Both the position numbers and the translations under genes were made by a program. Of a stretch of 53,205 bases of DNA, positions 23,595 to 36,949 are shown piece by piece; within the stretch, counting starts at the first letter, position 1; every line of letters begins with the position of its first letter. The DNA comes from Octopus sinensis (lineage: Eukaryota): positions 1-53,205 of the forward strand of contig NW_021831689.1 in the NCBI RefSeq assembly GCF_006345805.1. The letters run 5' to 3'. The notes under the pieces were generated by a model that was not told the origin of the DNA, searched no databases, and saw nothing but the letters and a program-made list of their open reading frames with translations.

Positions 23595-24450
23595 CTTTAG
23601 AAAAGCAAAGAAACAAAAAAAAAAAAACGGTTTGTTGCTGGACATTTTTTAATATTCGCTCACTTGAGTAAGAACATTTTCTTCTACGTCTGGTGAACAC
23701 GCCTCTAGGAAATTATCAACAGGTTTTCAAAAATTGCATGAATTTAGAAAGAAAATTTGACAAACAGAAAAAAAAAAATGATAATGACACTTAATCAAGC
23801 AAACACAGACTTTGTACTATACAGAAAGAAAAGAAAAATGACAATTTCCCCAATAAAAAAAAGAAAAAAAAAAGACATTAGAGAAAGCTGCAAAATGGCA
23901 GTAAATCATTTGCCATTGTTGTATGCAAAAAAGTAATTCTGAAAATGGGTTAACTCTCAGTAAAGATGTGGGATAGATAATTTATGAAACCTGTTTCTTT
24001 GTCTGATGATTTTATTGTAAAAAGGGAAACGAAAAAGGACAAGTAACATACGTTTGTCTGTGAAAAAAATGTCAAGAGTGTTTTCGAGATGCGTTCAAAG
24101 GAGAAACTGAAATAAGTTTTGGTTGGCGTATGAAACGGTACGGTTTTCACCGATCATAGAAGTTGCATATATGAGAGTGTGCCTTGCCTTTAAAACTGAG
24201 AGCGAAGTGGGGCGACTTGATGTGTAGGTGCACCCTACCGCACAGACACGCAGACATGTCCACTGATTCGTGTTGCAGTAAATGCGGTGACGGACACACA
24301 AGGGCCACATCTGCTGAGGTATAGACCCAAAGCCCGTCTCCAGCATTATAGCACCGTAGAGGTACCATGTGAGTACCGATGTCACCAAAACAGAATGTGG
24401 TTGTGTGAGATTTACATGGATATGCAGGCCACAACAAAACGGGAGATGTA

Positions 24451-24818
24451 CACTTGCGTCAGAAATTAATTAGCACTTCTCATTAAATAGGTTAAATCAA
24501 TTACCCTTATGAGCTGTTCAAAACGTCTTACGCGATGAGAAAACTTAGTATGGTGTGATTTCGGTCCTTGCGAGGCGCTACCTATATCTATTAAACAAAG
24601 GAAGATTTGTCTGCATCTGCACTCCAATTTGTTGCACTGCTATGTCAACATCATAAGGCTGTAGACTCTCAAACTGCTCTGCAAACAAAGTTACGTCATC
24701 GTTCTGCGCAACAGTGAACTCGCAACAAAGCAATAGTTCGAGATATGGCCACTAGGTGACAGCACATACCTTGAGTGAAGAGCAAATCAAGGGTGATAAT
24801 TAATTTCTGACGGTAGTG
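24451..24818. mobile_element. Tc1-like deletion derivative
   Basis: TA-flanked ~28-bp TIRs CACT(TG/AC)CGTCAGAAATTAATTA(G/T)CAC. Confidence 0.75.
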
Positions 24819-24865
24819 TACACTTTAGCGGGTACAGAAAGAGAATCAATACGACTGGCTCAACA

Positions 24866-25000
24866 GAAGTTCGCCATTACCTTCTGCCGGAGCCGCGTGG
24901 AGCTTAGGTTTTCGCTCATAAACACACACATCGCCTGGTCTGAGATTCGAACCCGCGATTCTTCGACCGAGAGTCCGCTGCTCTAACCATGTGCCTCCAC
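24866..25000 (-). mobile_element. SINE family D, tRNA-like head
   Basis: Reverse complement has GGTTAGAGCAGCGGAC...GGTTCGAATCTCAG (B-box); overlaps in sequence with 37373-37617. Confidence 0.7.
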
Positions 25001-25418
25001 CAGGAGCTGCATAGCGTAGTTGATTTTAGAGTCATGCTCGCGTATCAAAATGTGATGTTAACACTACGCCGGCCGAGCTGCAACTAACTAGCTCCTTCAA
25101 AAAGCGCGCGATACTGCTGGGTAGAAGCAACCATATGTATTCTTCCGCGGCCAGCTCTAATGGTTCGAAGTGGATATAGCACGGCGTATTGCTCCGCCAT
25201 CAGAAAATAAATCCTTCCTGGCAGCCTACATATATGTAGCTCTGTGTGAATGTTTTTCTGTCTGTGAATTGAATTGAAGAGTTACATAATACGTTTGTAG
25301 ACTACATATTTATTATACTTTTGCAGGACTATCCGACGAAGGCTAGCCGCTCAAAACTTCGAAGCCACTGCCATCAGCCCTCATAAAGACGTTCAATAAG
25401 CTCGCTGGAAAAACTATA

Positions 25419-25845
25419 GGATCTTTTCGGTTTGAACGGCAGTTTTTAAAAATAATTTCCACGTAACTAAACACTTTTAAACTTCGTATACTGGTAGAAT
25501 GTGTTTATAAAACATCGTTTTCTCTTGGTTTTATTGAGAAAATTCTATAGTTTGTAAGATATTTGTTGCTTTTTTTTCTTCAATTTCTGCAGTTTCAACC
25601 AATCAATGATGTCTATTGAGGTGAAAACATTCTGTGCCGTATGAATATGTCCCTCGTTTAAGAAACAGATTGGGTTTATTTACATTTCTGAAGAAAAAAG
25701 ATACCCTTCCCCCCACCCTAACCCTAACTAACCCTAACCCTAAAACAGATTGAAATGCAATAGATCGATATTAGGGTCATAATTATGGGTAACAATTTCA
25801 TATGACACCGCTAGAAAAAAACTGCCGTTCAAACCGAAAAGATCC
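25419..25845 (-). mobile_element. Telomere-repeat MITE, copy 3
   Basis: TIRs, TSD AAACTATA, (CCCTAA)n near 25715-25743. Confidence 0.92.
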
Positions 25846-26223
25846 AAACTATATCTTTTATAAATCCCAAGAATCTCCAGGGACTGTATAAATACCAAGA
25901 GTGACATTTCTTCTGCATACCCGTCTCTTACAAAATACAACCATGCGGGAATTAAGCTTAAACGATCGCACAAACCATAACCCATCCCAGTGTTGGTTTT
26001 ACGTAATTTTTAATACTCGTAAAACACTGATCATTAACGGTCTAGTGTGTAGCGGTATCTGCCCTTGAGCACTCGCCGTCTTTTTCTATATACGCGTGCT
26101 CATTCAAATATCTATTTCATCGAATGTAATTACTAAGCTGTCTTGTTGCTTTTATCAGCTTGTTAAATGGCAAAATAAATTAATATTTCACACAACAAAC
26201 CCAGAATAACTATATTTCACAAA

Positions 26224-26463
26224 AGGCGGCGAGCTGGCAGAAACGTTAGCACGCCGGGCGAAATGCTTAGCCGTATTTCGTGTGCCGTTACGTTCTGAGT
26301 TCAAATTCCGCCGAGGTCGACTTTGCCTTTCATCCTTTCGGGATCGATAAATTAAGTACCAGTTACGCACTGGGGGAGGGGTCGATGTAATCGACTTAAT
26401 CCGTTTGTCTGTCCTTGTTTATCCCCTCTGTGTTTAGCTCCTTGTGGGTAGTAAAGAAATAGG
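26224..26463 (+). mobile_element. SINE family A monomer with 12-bp TSD
   Basis: TATTTCACAAAA flanks both ends. Confidence 0.9.
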
Positions 26464-26553
26464 TATTTCACAAAACGCTTTGTGGTTTTCATTACAATAG
26501 TGTCTTTACTCCCTTAATTGATTGAGCGCTGTCCTACTTGTTGAGCTTCAAAC

Positions 26554-26586
<33 letters not shown>

Positions 26587-26592
26587 ATACAC

Positions 26593-26734
26593 AGGCGCAG
26601 GCGTGGTTGTATGGTAAGTTGCTTCATAACAATGTGGCTCCAGGTTCTGTCCGACTTCGAGATACCTTGGGCAGGTGTCTTCTGCAAAGCCTTGTGAGTG
26701 GATTTGGCAGAGGGAAACTGAGAGAAATCTGTCT

Positions 26735-26765
<31 letters not shown>

Positions 26766-26960
26766 ATGCGTGTGTTTTTGAATCTGTTCTGGTGTGTTTA
26801 CCTCCCCGAAACTTAGCGGTTCGGCAAAAAAGAGCGATAGAATAATTACCAGGCTTGAGAAATAAGTCTTGGAATCGATCTGTTCGACTAAAACCCCTAC
26901 AAGTCAGTGCTCCAGCATGGCCGCAGTCAAATGGATGAAAATAGTAAAAAAAAGTAAAAG
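26593..26960 (+). mobile_element. SINE family B composite copy
   Basis: Head, microsatellite and 3' module. Confidence 0.85.
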
Positions 26961-27272
26961 AGTAATATATATACCAACATATACATATACATGCACATAC
27001 ATACATTCGCACACACACACACACATGCACACACACACACACACAACGCACACACACTTATTGCCATTTCAAATATGCTTGAGACATATTCGAACTCGTA
27101 GGAAGACCATTCGCGACAGTTTGTCATGGAGGTATTGGCTTGCTGTAGACAAAAAGGATATAATCATACCATGATTGCAGCACCTTCGGTGAGTTTCTTC
27201 TACTATAGCCTCGGGCCTATCAAAGTGGGTTGGCAGGTAGAAACTGAACGAAGCTCGTCGTATATATATATA

Positions 27273-27789
27273 TCTATATATATAAAACTGTAGTTGTGTG
27301 AGTGTCTGTCTCCTTCGATTTAGATTCCTAACTACTCCCACATTTTGCGGTGCAGTTTAACCAAATTCGGGTATCTTATAGTCGTGATTCATATCGAGCC
27401 CGTCTGAGTATTAGCGCGCATCTACGATGAGTCTACGATTTTAAAAATAATTTAACATCATTTTTTATTCCATTTTAATGCATAATTTTTCATGTGTCGA
27501 TGGCGGCGGAGTTGGCGTCCACGCTCAAACACCTGCACCTGTGTTTGCTTCTCCCCCTTCTTCCCTCCCTTGTGAAGCTGTGGGGAAGGGAGTCTAAGGA
27601 AATCAACGTCGTAAAGCGTTGTCAAGGAGACCAGCGTTCTTTTAGAACAACGACTTCATGGCTTGAAGACACCAAAACCGAAATGGCTAAGAAAGCCCGA
27701 ATTGGCATCTATAAGGGAAGTAACTCTCTAAAAATGCTTATATAGTTATTTCCCTTACAAACCCGAGCAACGCCGGGCGATACTGCTAG
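27273..27789 (+). mobile_element. Solo copy of the ~510-bp Helitron unit
   Basis: A|TC...CTAG|T, near-identical to the array units; sits in a (TA)n tract after a SINE-B head fragment. Confidence 0.92.
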
Positions 27790-28109
27790 TATATATATAT
27801 AAATTTAAATTTAAAATGAGGGTGAGAAATTAGATATTAATTTAATTAACATCGATTTCACACAAGTGGTCTAGCATATAAAAAACTGAAGGATCAGTAA
27901 AATTGTATAATAGAAATAGATCCGCTATGGTCTTACCACTAAGAAATGTTCTCAAGAAAAAGCTTACGTTTTGGTTGTTTTGCTAAATTTATGCATATGT
28001 GTGTATGTGTCCGCGCGCGTATTAGTGTGTGCGCATGTGTATGCGCGCACACGCGTGTCTGTCTGTATCTGTGCGTGTCTATGGGTATCTTTGTTTTTGT
28101 GCTTATCCA

Positions 28110-28346
28110 CTACCTATTTCTTTATTACCCACAAGGGGCTACACACAGAGGGGACAAACAAGGACAGACATAGGTATTAAGTCGATTACATCGACCCCAG
28201 TGCGTAACTGGTACTTAATTTATCGACCCCGAAATGATGAAAGGCAAAGTCGACCTCGGCGGAATTTGAACTCACAACGTAACGCAGACGAAATACCGCT
28301 AAGCATTTCACCCGGCGTGCTAACGTTTATGCCAGCTCGCCGCCTT
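28110..28346 (-). mobile_element. SINE family A monomer
   Basis: Family match. Confidence 0.85.
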
Positions 28347-28833
28347 ATCCACTACCATTGCCTGGCAACCGCTGTTGGTGTGCTTACGTCCCCCACGATT
28401 TGGCGGTTCGGCAAAAGCAATCGATAAAATAAGTATCTGGCTAATAAAAAAAAAGCATGTAAGTATTGAGGTCGATTCATTTGACCTTGAAGAAGCATTT
28501 TTCTGCTGGTGGTCGTAAATTCGTGGACCGACAATTCCCTTCTGTCCGTCAGCAAGGCACTTCATTTCACGTTCTTCCTGTTCATTTAGCTACTACAAAC
28601 TATCTGAGCGTTGGAGTAATTCCCTTTCCCGTTCGCCTGTCAACTCTTGGCGTATTTTTTTGGGTCACGAGAAAAGGAGAGTCGAAAAGGAATCTCAGCC
28701 AGTTCGCAACCATGCAGGCGCGTAAGACAATTAGCAAAAGTGTGGTACTTATTACCAGGCCATCTTCGGTCGACCCACCTTCGTCTCTAACTTGCTGTCA
28801 TTGCCACACGGTATTTTGTATGCTTGGTATATT

Positions 28834-28867
<34 letters not shown>

Positions 28868-28916
28868 AGTATGTATGTGTGTGGTGTGTGTGTGTGTATG
28901 TATATATACATATATA

Positions 28917-28960
<44 letters not shown>

Positions 28961-29159
28961 TATATACACAAAGAGAGAGAGAGAGAGAGGGAGAGAAAAG
29001 AGAGAGGTAGATAGATAAGTAGTAGGTAGGTAGGAGTTAGGTACATAAATAGATAAGTAGGTACGATAGATAGATAGGTAGAAAGATAGATAGATAAGAT
29101 AGATAGATAATAGATAGATAGATAGAAAGATAGATAGATAATAGGTAGGTAGATAGATA

Positions 29160-29822
29160 GATAAGTTTCTTTATTGGCCACACAGGGCTGCACACAGATG
29201 GGACAAGTTACAAGGTAGAGCTTTTCTTTTGGGGGATGAAAAAAGGGGGTGGCGTAGGTTTTCGATCAAGAGGGATCGTAAAAGGGAAGAAAAGAACAAA
29301 AAAAATAGAATAAAAAATAAAAAGAATAAAAGAAAAAAAAAGGGAAAGGAACAAAAGAAAAGAGAAATGAAAATGGAGAAAAAGGGGGGGGAAAGGGGAA
29401 GAGGAAAAAAAAAGGAACGATCAATAGGGATCGTGTATCACAGTGTTATGATATATGGTGTAAAGGGGAAAGCAAGTAAGGTTTATCCGTGGGAAGAAAA
29501 GCCTACGAAAAAGACCACGGTAACCTTGGTCAATATTGTTATATGTTACCACATTTGTTTGCAAGTGGGTAACCCTCTGTTTCAATTTCTGGGTCATAGG
29601 ATTATGCTCAAGGTGGCTTCGTCATTCATACGTGCCATCCTTGCTACATTCACCCATCTTTTTTTAAAAACTTCGCTAGACAAAACTTGCCTCTCTACTC
29701 TCACTTTCCTTTTCAAGTGGTACTGAAGAAGTTGATGAGAGATTGACCAGAGAGGAAAGTGTTTGTCTCCAATCCTTTCAGACGCGTCCACCAGATACAT
29801 TCTTTCGCCATAGCCACAAGGA
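29160..29822 (-). mobile_element. L1/Tx1-like LINE 3' end (ORF2 C-terminus and 3' UTR)
   Basis: CIWWTRLKGLETNTFLSGQSL...YHLKRKVRVERQVLSSEVFKKRWVNVARM...IL*, followed by AATAAA and a (TCTA)n tail. Confidence 0.75.
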
Positions 29823-29829
29823 TGATGAA

Positions 29830-29946
29830 AATAGATAGATAGATAGAAAGAAAGAAAGAAAGAAAGATAGAAAGATATATAGATAGATAGATAGATAGCT
29901 AGCTAGCTAGATAGATAGATAGATAGATAGAAAGAAAAATAGAAAA

Positions 29947-30033
<87 letters not shown>

Positions 30034-30125
30034 TAGTAATACAATGTTCTCTTGTGGCAAATAACGAAAGGATTATCATCAACATCATTATTATTATTAT
30101 AATTATTATAATTATAATTATTATT

Positions 30126-30166
<41 letters not shown>

Positions 30167-30190
30167 TATTATTATTATTATTATTATTAA
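29830..30190. repeat. (AGAT)n and (ATT/ATC)n microsatellites
   Basis: Seen directly. Confidence 0.95.
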
Positions 30191-30202
30191 TGCTATTATT
30201 GT

Positions 30203-30650
30203 AAGGTGGCGAGCTGGCAGATTCGTTAAGCACGCCGGGCGAAATGCTTAGCGGTATTTCGTCTGCCGCTACGTTATGAGTTCAAATTTTGCCGGGGTCC
30301 ACTTTGCCTTTCATCGTTTCGGGGTCGATAAATTAAGTACCAGTAAAACACTGGTGCCGACGTAATCGACTCATCCCTCCCCCAAAATAGCTGCTCTTGT
30401 GGAAAAATTATTATTATTATTATTATAAGGTGGTGAGCTGGCAGAATTATTAGCATGCCGAACAAAATACTTCGTAGCATTTTGTTTGTCTTTGCGTTCA
30501 GAGTTCAAATTCAGCCAAGGTCGACTTTACCTTTCATCCTTTTGGGGTCGATAAAATAAGTACCAGTTGAACACTGGGGTCGATGTAATCGACACATCCC
30601 CACCTTCCAAATTGCTACCCTTGTGGTAAAATTTGAAATCGTTATCATTA
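30203..30650 (+). mobile_element. Two adjacent SINE family A-related copies
   Basis: Two heads (~30203 and ~30428), each followed by an (ATT)n tail. Confidence 0.75.
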
Positions 30651-30696
30651 TTATTATTATTATTGTTGTTGTTGTTGTTGTTGTTGCTGTTGATGA

Positions 30697-30728
<32 letters not shown>

Positions 30729-32119
30729 ATGATGATGATGTTATTGTTACCTTTCTATGCAAATAGAATTTTTTTTTCTCGAATTCTAAAACTTTGAAAA
30801 CTTTAAGAGTTATACATGGAAATATCATCGCGTTTAAATTTACCGTAATTTATTTTTGCTATCGAATTTAAGCCGCATTTATTCAATTAATTCCAATTTA
30901 TTCCATGAGCGAAAGTCTAAACCTTCCAAAAGAAGAAAAACTAAATAAATAAGAAAGCCTCCATTAGTACAGATAAGTTCAAATAATAAATTAACATGCA
31001 GGAAAGTTCCAGAACATTCTACTATTAAATACTCTTAGATCTATCAATGTATTTGGAAGTGTTGGGGATGGAGTGGGGGGTGGGTGGAAGAAAAAGAAAA
31101 CGAAAAGAAAAGAAAAGATAATATAGTTATTCGATATAGTGTTTTTGTTGTTGATATATTATGACTGAAGGTTGCAATTTTCAGTTCAAAATGGAAAGTA
31201 AACACGATGCTTATTCAATCAACGAAATAAAAGTAGCAGATGCAAAGTAGATCTAAAGAAAGCAATTTCGAGGCAGTGGTTTAAGATCCTACTCTTTGAC
31301 TATTTTGGAAAGAAAACATCAAATACTGCATAAATATGGGTAATTTGCAGGAGTCTCTGTCGACAGGAAAGGAACGCAGTATCCATATAGACGAATAAGC
31401 ACGATATTCTCTGAATCAAAGGCGGAACTATCGGGCATACATTTCGGAGTATTGAATATCGCCATCAGCTAAGCACTGTGTTTCTTTGAATCGGAAATTA
31501 GACAAGATTATGTCACACAGCGAATATACTGTGCAACTGCCATTCTTTTTACTGGCTATCCTTCTAGTAAGAAAATCTTCTGTCAGACCAATAATGTCTT
31601 TGGAAAATTACATCAATAAAATATAGTGACACTCAGCAAATGTCACAGTGATCACCAACTTGGTGATGCACTTCACAGCGACGCAGTTTCGAATCCAACT
31701 GTTTTAACTCGTATTTAATTGTATTATTTCGATCAAACTGAAAAGAATAAATGTTTTAGAGTGAGAATTACATTTCTTTTTTTTTGGCGTTCATGCCTTA
31801 ACGAAGAAACTAGCGACGGAATTGAAATGAAACAGTTTTCAACCAAGTATCGAACCCCACCTGCTGGGTTTCAATTATTTGGTTTGATAAAGGAAAGAAA
31901 CTCCTTTACTGGGTTTCAGTCTTTCTTTTTATACAGCATGTAACATTTATTTGTAGCGATATAACACTTAACCGTTCTTGTTACACCGAATTTCTGCCAT
32001 TTTGACAGAAAGTTATTGAATATTCATAAAATGCTTTTATAAACGATTAAAGGACATACCAGTTGGGTCTAGATGAGCTTAATTTAAGTGATACATCAAT
32101 CAAAACTTTGGCAGAACAG

Positions 32120-32650
32120 GGACTACTACTAACATGTTTCGAGCTTATTAGGCCTCTTCAGTTAAACATATTAAGAGTATCGATGGATAGGAAACTCAAG
32201 GGTAGCTGCTGCATAAAAAGCAAATAGGTTAGGTTTAGAGTTGACGCATAGCTTGAATAAGTTTAAGATAAACGGTCTGAAGAAAACTTAAAGGAGTGAG
32301 AGAAGTTTCTCGGTCTTAAAGGACAGGATGCTCAAGATAGAATATTCTTGGTCATATGTTTAAGCAACAACAAAGTCTAGAGGAAGAAAGATTCTGTTAC
32401 TCTTATTAGTCCACTTAAGGCGGTGGAACAATCTTCACTATGGATGAGGCTGATAGGCAGATCCGTCCCACTTGCAACAGAACTAGTAATACTCAGACAC
32501 CGAATGAGTGTGTGCAAAACAATTTCGCCGCATTTCAGACAGACCCAATTCATAGGCACTCCTATACCTACAGAGTGTATTTGGAACTGACAATGTCCCT
32601 ACCCCGGTAGCACTGCTAAACCAAAGATTACTGGTAGTTATCTATCTGGT
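32120..32650 (-). mobile_element. Decayed Penelope/Poseidon-like GIY-YIG C-terminus with a degenerate downstream hammerhead-like motif
   Basis: Residual SLIHSEDC...PVL...NFSHSFK; CTGAAGA...GCTCGAAACATG motif near 32131-32168. Confidence 0.45.
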
Positions 32651-32769
32651 TTGAAAGCTTTTTAGAATAGACATCCACTTGTTTCTCGTCGAGGCCTAGT
32701 GTTTGCTCGAGAACGTTATCCTTTTTTCCTACAACTGATCTACAATAGAATGCCGACGTGGAGTATTTC

Positions 32770-34800
32770 ATCAATCATATTGCGTAATTGATAGAGGACT
32801 GTCAGAGCTTGGAAGCATTCCAGATGCCATGGGCTCAGTCTTGGTCTTTGCTTGATCCAGGTCTGCAACTCTGTTAAGGAAGTGCGCAGTAGAAAGTCGT
32901 AACTGACAAAGGACGACCTCACCGACTAGAAATCTTTGTACATGTTGCAAGTGTGCTTTTAACAGTGACAGATTATCAAACTCTCCGCACAAATGATGTT
33001 GAGAGAAGGGGAACCGTCTGGCCAGAGAAACGCATCCCTTCCATAAGAAGCGAAATAACAAACGTTTCACCATGGTCAGATGAGAAACAGAGCAAAGCAG
33101 GATAGTCAGGTGATAACATATAACAGAGGTGATACCGTCGTTCGCTACCTTTGCTCGACAGTTCAAGGGAAGCTTCCTCTTAGTCCATTCTGGATGAGAC
33201 GAGCCATCCTCTCGCAATCTTGTTCTCGTTCCTATCCACCTAGAAATCCGAACCAAACCAGACCCCAAGCAACTAATGTGGGACATCTGTTTAGCATCCT
33301 ACGAAGCTGCATAATAGACCTGCCTCTTCAGCTGCTAAGCTGTATGACCACCTACTTGTCCTGGTTAGTTTTTGCTCCGAACAAAGTTTCGCATTCCTTT
33401 AGAATAGTGCTGACCTTTTCCGTCGTGTTTGACATCTTTACGGTGTCATTTCGGCGATATCATGCGACTCATCTCTTCTGGGTTTTTGTAGAGGCCCAAG
33501 AATCGGCATACCGAAGAGATGAGAGAAGATACCCATTTGCTCTGACCACCGATCAAATAGTCACCTTCAATGTGCTGTTGGACATTGAAGCGATCCAGCC
33601 TCTGAAGTCGAGATCGAAACCGGTTGCCTTGATGATAGTCAATGGTTGATTTCGCACGTCACTGCTTTCCTGACTACGTTCTCGATCACACCTATTTCTT
33701 TACTACCCACAAGGGGCTAAACACAGAGGGGACAAACAAGGACCAGCAAAGGGATTAAGTCGATTATTTCGACCCCAGTGCGTAACTGGTACTTATTTAA
33801 TCGACCCCGAAAGGATGAAAGGCAAAGTCGACCTCGGCGGAATTTGAACTCAGAACGTAACGGCAGACGAAATACCTATTTCTTTACTACCCACAAGGGG
33901 CTAAACACAGAGAGGACAAACAAGGACAGACAAACGGATTAAGTCGATTATATCGACCCCAGTGCGCAACTGGTACTTATTTAATCGACCCCGAAAGGAT
34001 GAAAGGCAAAGTCGAACTCGGCGGAATTTAAACTCAGAACGTAGCGGCAGACGAAATACCGCTGAGCATTTCACCTGGCGCGCTAACGTTTCTGCCAGCT
34101 CGCCGAGACCAAAATTTAAACTACATTATGATGAATTATGGGCCAACAGTTATGCAAACGGCACCTGTTAGACAGCTGAAAATGTCTGACCAGGTTTACG
34201 AGATTTTTACATCTATTTCGCTCTGATCGGATATCCTTACACAAATCCAGTGGTGTCAGGTTGGTCAAAACAGTCATTTCTAAAGTTCAACTTGAAAATC
34301 CTCTGAGCGGAATCTACACAGCAGTATGTGATCGTTAACATCGACAGTAAACCTCAACTAGTCCTCCTAATTCTACCCCTTCCCTACCTTCGTATGTAGA
34401 ATGTGAAAGAAACTCGTTCACTGCTTTGTTCACAGCTCTTGGCGTACTGTGATATTTTGACAACACTTCATATACCAGGGATCTTTCTTTGTTCTACACT
34501 TTACGTAGGACCATGGCAGACGATCATACGAGCTGAAAGAAAGCTTTCTTTTACAAAAGCCTATATTTGGCATTCTGTCAAGAACTCTCGGCAGATTCCG
34601 TAGCCTCGTAGCAAGGTTTCACATCAGCAAAGCTGGCATTTCTTTGGAATAGAAGATGACAACGGATGGACATTCTTACCAACGACACTTGACTTTTCGT
34701 TGGAAATCGAAAGAGCATCCATCTCACCGAATTTGTCAGGCAGCTTCCTAACGGATCAAGTCTTCGCTCCTTCTCGGTTCATCTCCAGTCATCACCAACA
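32770..34800 (-). mobile_element. Decayed L1/Tx1-like ORF2 fragment split by a SINE dimer
   Basis: Residual KATGFDLDFRGWIASM...VVRANGY...RYAD; LNCRAKVAN..ITSVICYHLTIL...KRLLFRFLWKG. The assignment of 34110-34800 is weaker. Confidence 0.6.
33692..34106 (-). mobile_element. SINE family A dimer
   Basis: Same junction (plus strand GCAGACGAAATAC|CTATTTCTTTAC) near 33875. Confidence 0.9.
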
Positions 34801-34844
34801 CTGTGATATGCAGCTAACATTCCTCTGTTAGCAATACCGATTCT

Positions 34845-35007
34845 TCTTCTTCTTCTTCTCTTCTTCTTCTTTCTTCTCTTCTCTTCTTCTTCTTCTCTTC
34901 TTCTTCTTCTTCTTCTTTCTTCTCTCTTCTTCTCTTCGTCTTCTTCTTCTTCTCTTCTCCTCCTCCTCCTCCTCCCTCCTCCCACCACCACCACCACCAC
35001 CACCACC

Positions 35008-35041
<34 letters not shown>

Positions 35042-35121
35042 AGTCACTGTTATGGCAGTAGCCATTTCTCCACCATCGCCAACACTACCAAAACCACCAC
35101 CACCACCACACCACCACCACC

Positions 35122-35155
<34 letters not shown>

Positions 35156-35170
35156 ACAATAACGACGACG

Positions 35171-35201
<31 letters not shown>

Positions 35202-35649
35202 AAAACAACAGCAGCAGCAATAACAACTAGAACAAAACATAACCCCCCCCCCCCAAAAAAAAAACAACGGCAACAACACCAAAGCAAAGGACAAGGAATC
35301 ACCAGCAGCAGCAGCAGCAGCAGCACCACCACCACCACCACCACCACTACTACTACCATCATCATCAACATCATCAACAACAAGGACAATGATAAAAAAA
35401 ATCAACAACAATCAATAGTAAGGATGACAACAACAACAACATAACTAACAATACTTAGTGTATACTGAAATGTTCTGAAAATTATGACCGCCGGTTACAT
35501 TATTACCTTATCAAAGGTAAATTACTTTATCACAGGTAAATAAAGGTAAGCGACATATCGTGCCTAGCCTCAAGCAAACATTCTAGTCACAGTAGTAAAT
35601 AAAATAAAATAAAATAATGAAACATTAAAAAACAGTTAATGCGAGGTAA

Positions 35650-35690
<41 letters not shown>

Positions 35691-35828
35691 TACTACTACT
35701 ACTAACTACTACTACTACTACTTCTTCTTCTTCTTCTTCTCTTCTCTTCTTCTTCTCTTCTCTTCTTTCTTCTTTTCTTTTGTTCCTTTCTTTTTCACTC
35801 ATATTTTCAGCATTTAATCAATACTAGC

Positions 35829-35880
<52 letters not shown>

Positions 35881-35930
35881 TCCTGTCTATCTGTCTATCT
35901 ATCTATCTATCTATCTATCTGCTAATCTGA
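34845..35930. repeat. Compound tri- and tetranucleotide microsatellite cluster
   Basis: (TTC), (TCC), (CAC), (TAC), (AAC), (GAC), (CAG) and (TCTA) runs. Confidence 0.9.
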
Positions 35931-36338
35931 CATACACACATACCAACATGTTTCAAACACTCAGAATATATATACATATACACACACACATATACACTAT
36001 CGTTTATTTCACATTCATCCTGTTCTGTCACACTTTCCCTTCTTCCCATGTCTTCTTTCAAGAAAAGATACAGGTGATTTAATATATTCCAGGAAATTAA
36101 TTGGGATTTTTATTAATAATGTACCAAAAATTCCAAGGAGAATTGCAAGAAAAATATATAAAAGAATATATGATAAAGAAAGGAGAGCAACGTGAATACG
36201 AAGAAGAAGAAGAAGAAAAGAGAGCAAGGAAAAAGAGGAATCAAAATATTATGTAACACAAAATAATTTAATTCTAGCAGGTGACATATATACATACGTA
36301 CACATACACACGTATACACACATACCCATGCAGATATG

Positions 36339-36370
<32 letters not shown>

Positions 36371-36573
36371 TGTATGTATGTATGTATGTATGTATGTATG
36401 TATGTATGTATCTAAGTATCTATATATATCCGTATATATATATATACAGGCACACACACATATATACGAATATATTTATAAACACATATATTATATGTAC
36501 ACACACAGAGACATATATAAGTCTTAAGAGCCTTGTGGTTCGCTTGAAGCATTGTAATATCGAAGAAGGTAAA

Positions 36574-36866
36574 AAGAGATAAAACAGAAAGCTTCTGACG
36601 ATGTGGCAAGTTTTAAAAAATCTTTTATATTTTAGGCGGAAAGGCCCATCTTCAGAAGAAAAACAGTCTGGGAAATGTCCAGTTATGTAGGTTCCATTAA
36701 CCCATTCAAATTCCTTAAAGCTAAGGAATATGAATGGGTTAACGGAACCCACATAACTAGGCATTTCTCAAATTGTTTATCTTCTGAAGATGGGTCTTTG
36801 CGCCTGAAATGTAAAGGTTTTATAAAACTTTCCGCATTGTCAGAAGCTTTCTATTTTCTCTCTCTT
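36574..36866. mobile_element. Imperfect fold-back element (~290-bp palindrome, MITE-like)
   Basis: Arms are reverse complementary around TTCCTTAAAGCTAAGGAA; the ORF track shows mirror peptides MPSYVGSVNPF and MSSYVGSINPF on opposite strands. Confidence 0.75.
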
Positions 36867-36949
36867 CCACGCATGCGCAAGAAAGATTATGGCGAGAAAA
36901 AAATGAAGTGGGATACTTTTTGAACGTATCACTTTTATGTGTGTATCTA

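Noticed and set aside
24095-25400. ORFs on both strands and a possible plus-strand two-exon peptide (MSTDSCCSKC...DYPTKAS...)
   Set aside because: No homology recognised and several equally plausible frames; part of the interval is a Tc1 derivative.
28466-28954. 162-aa plus-strand ORF
   Set aside because: Starts in a SINE tail, ends in a microsatellite and has no domain signature.
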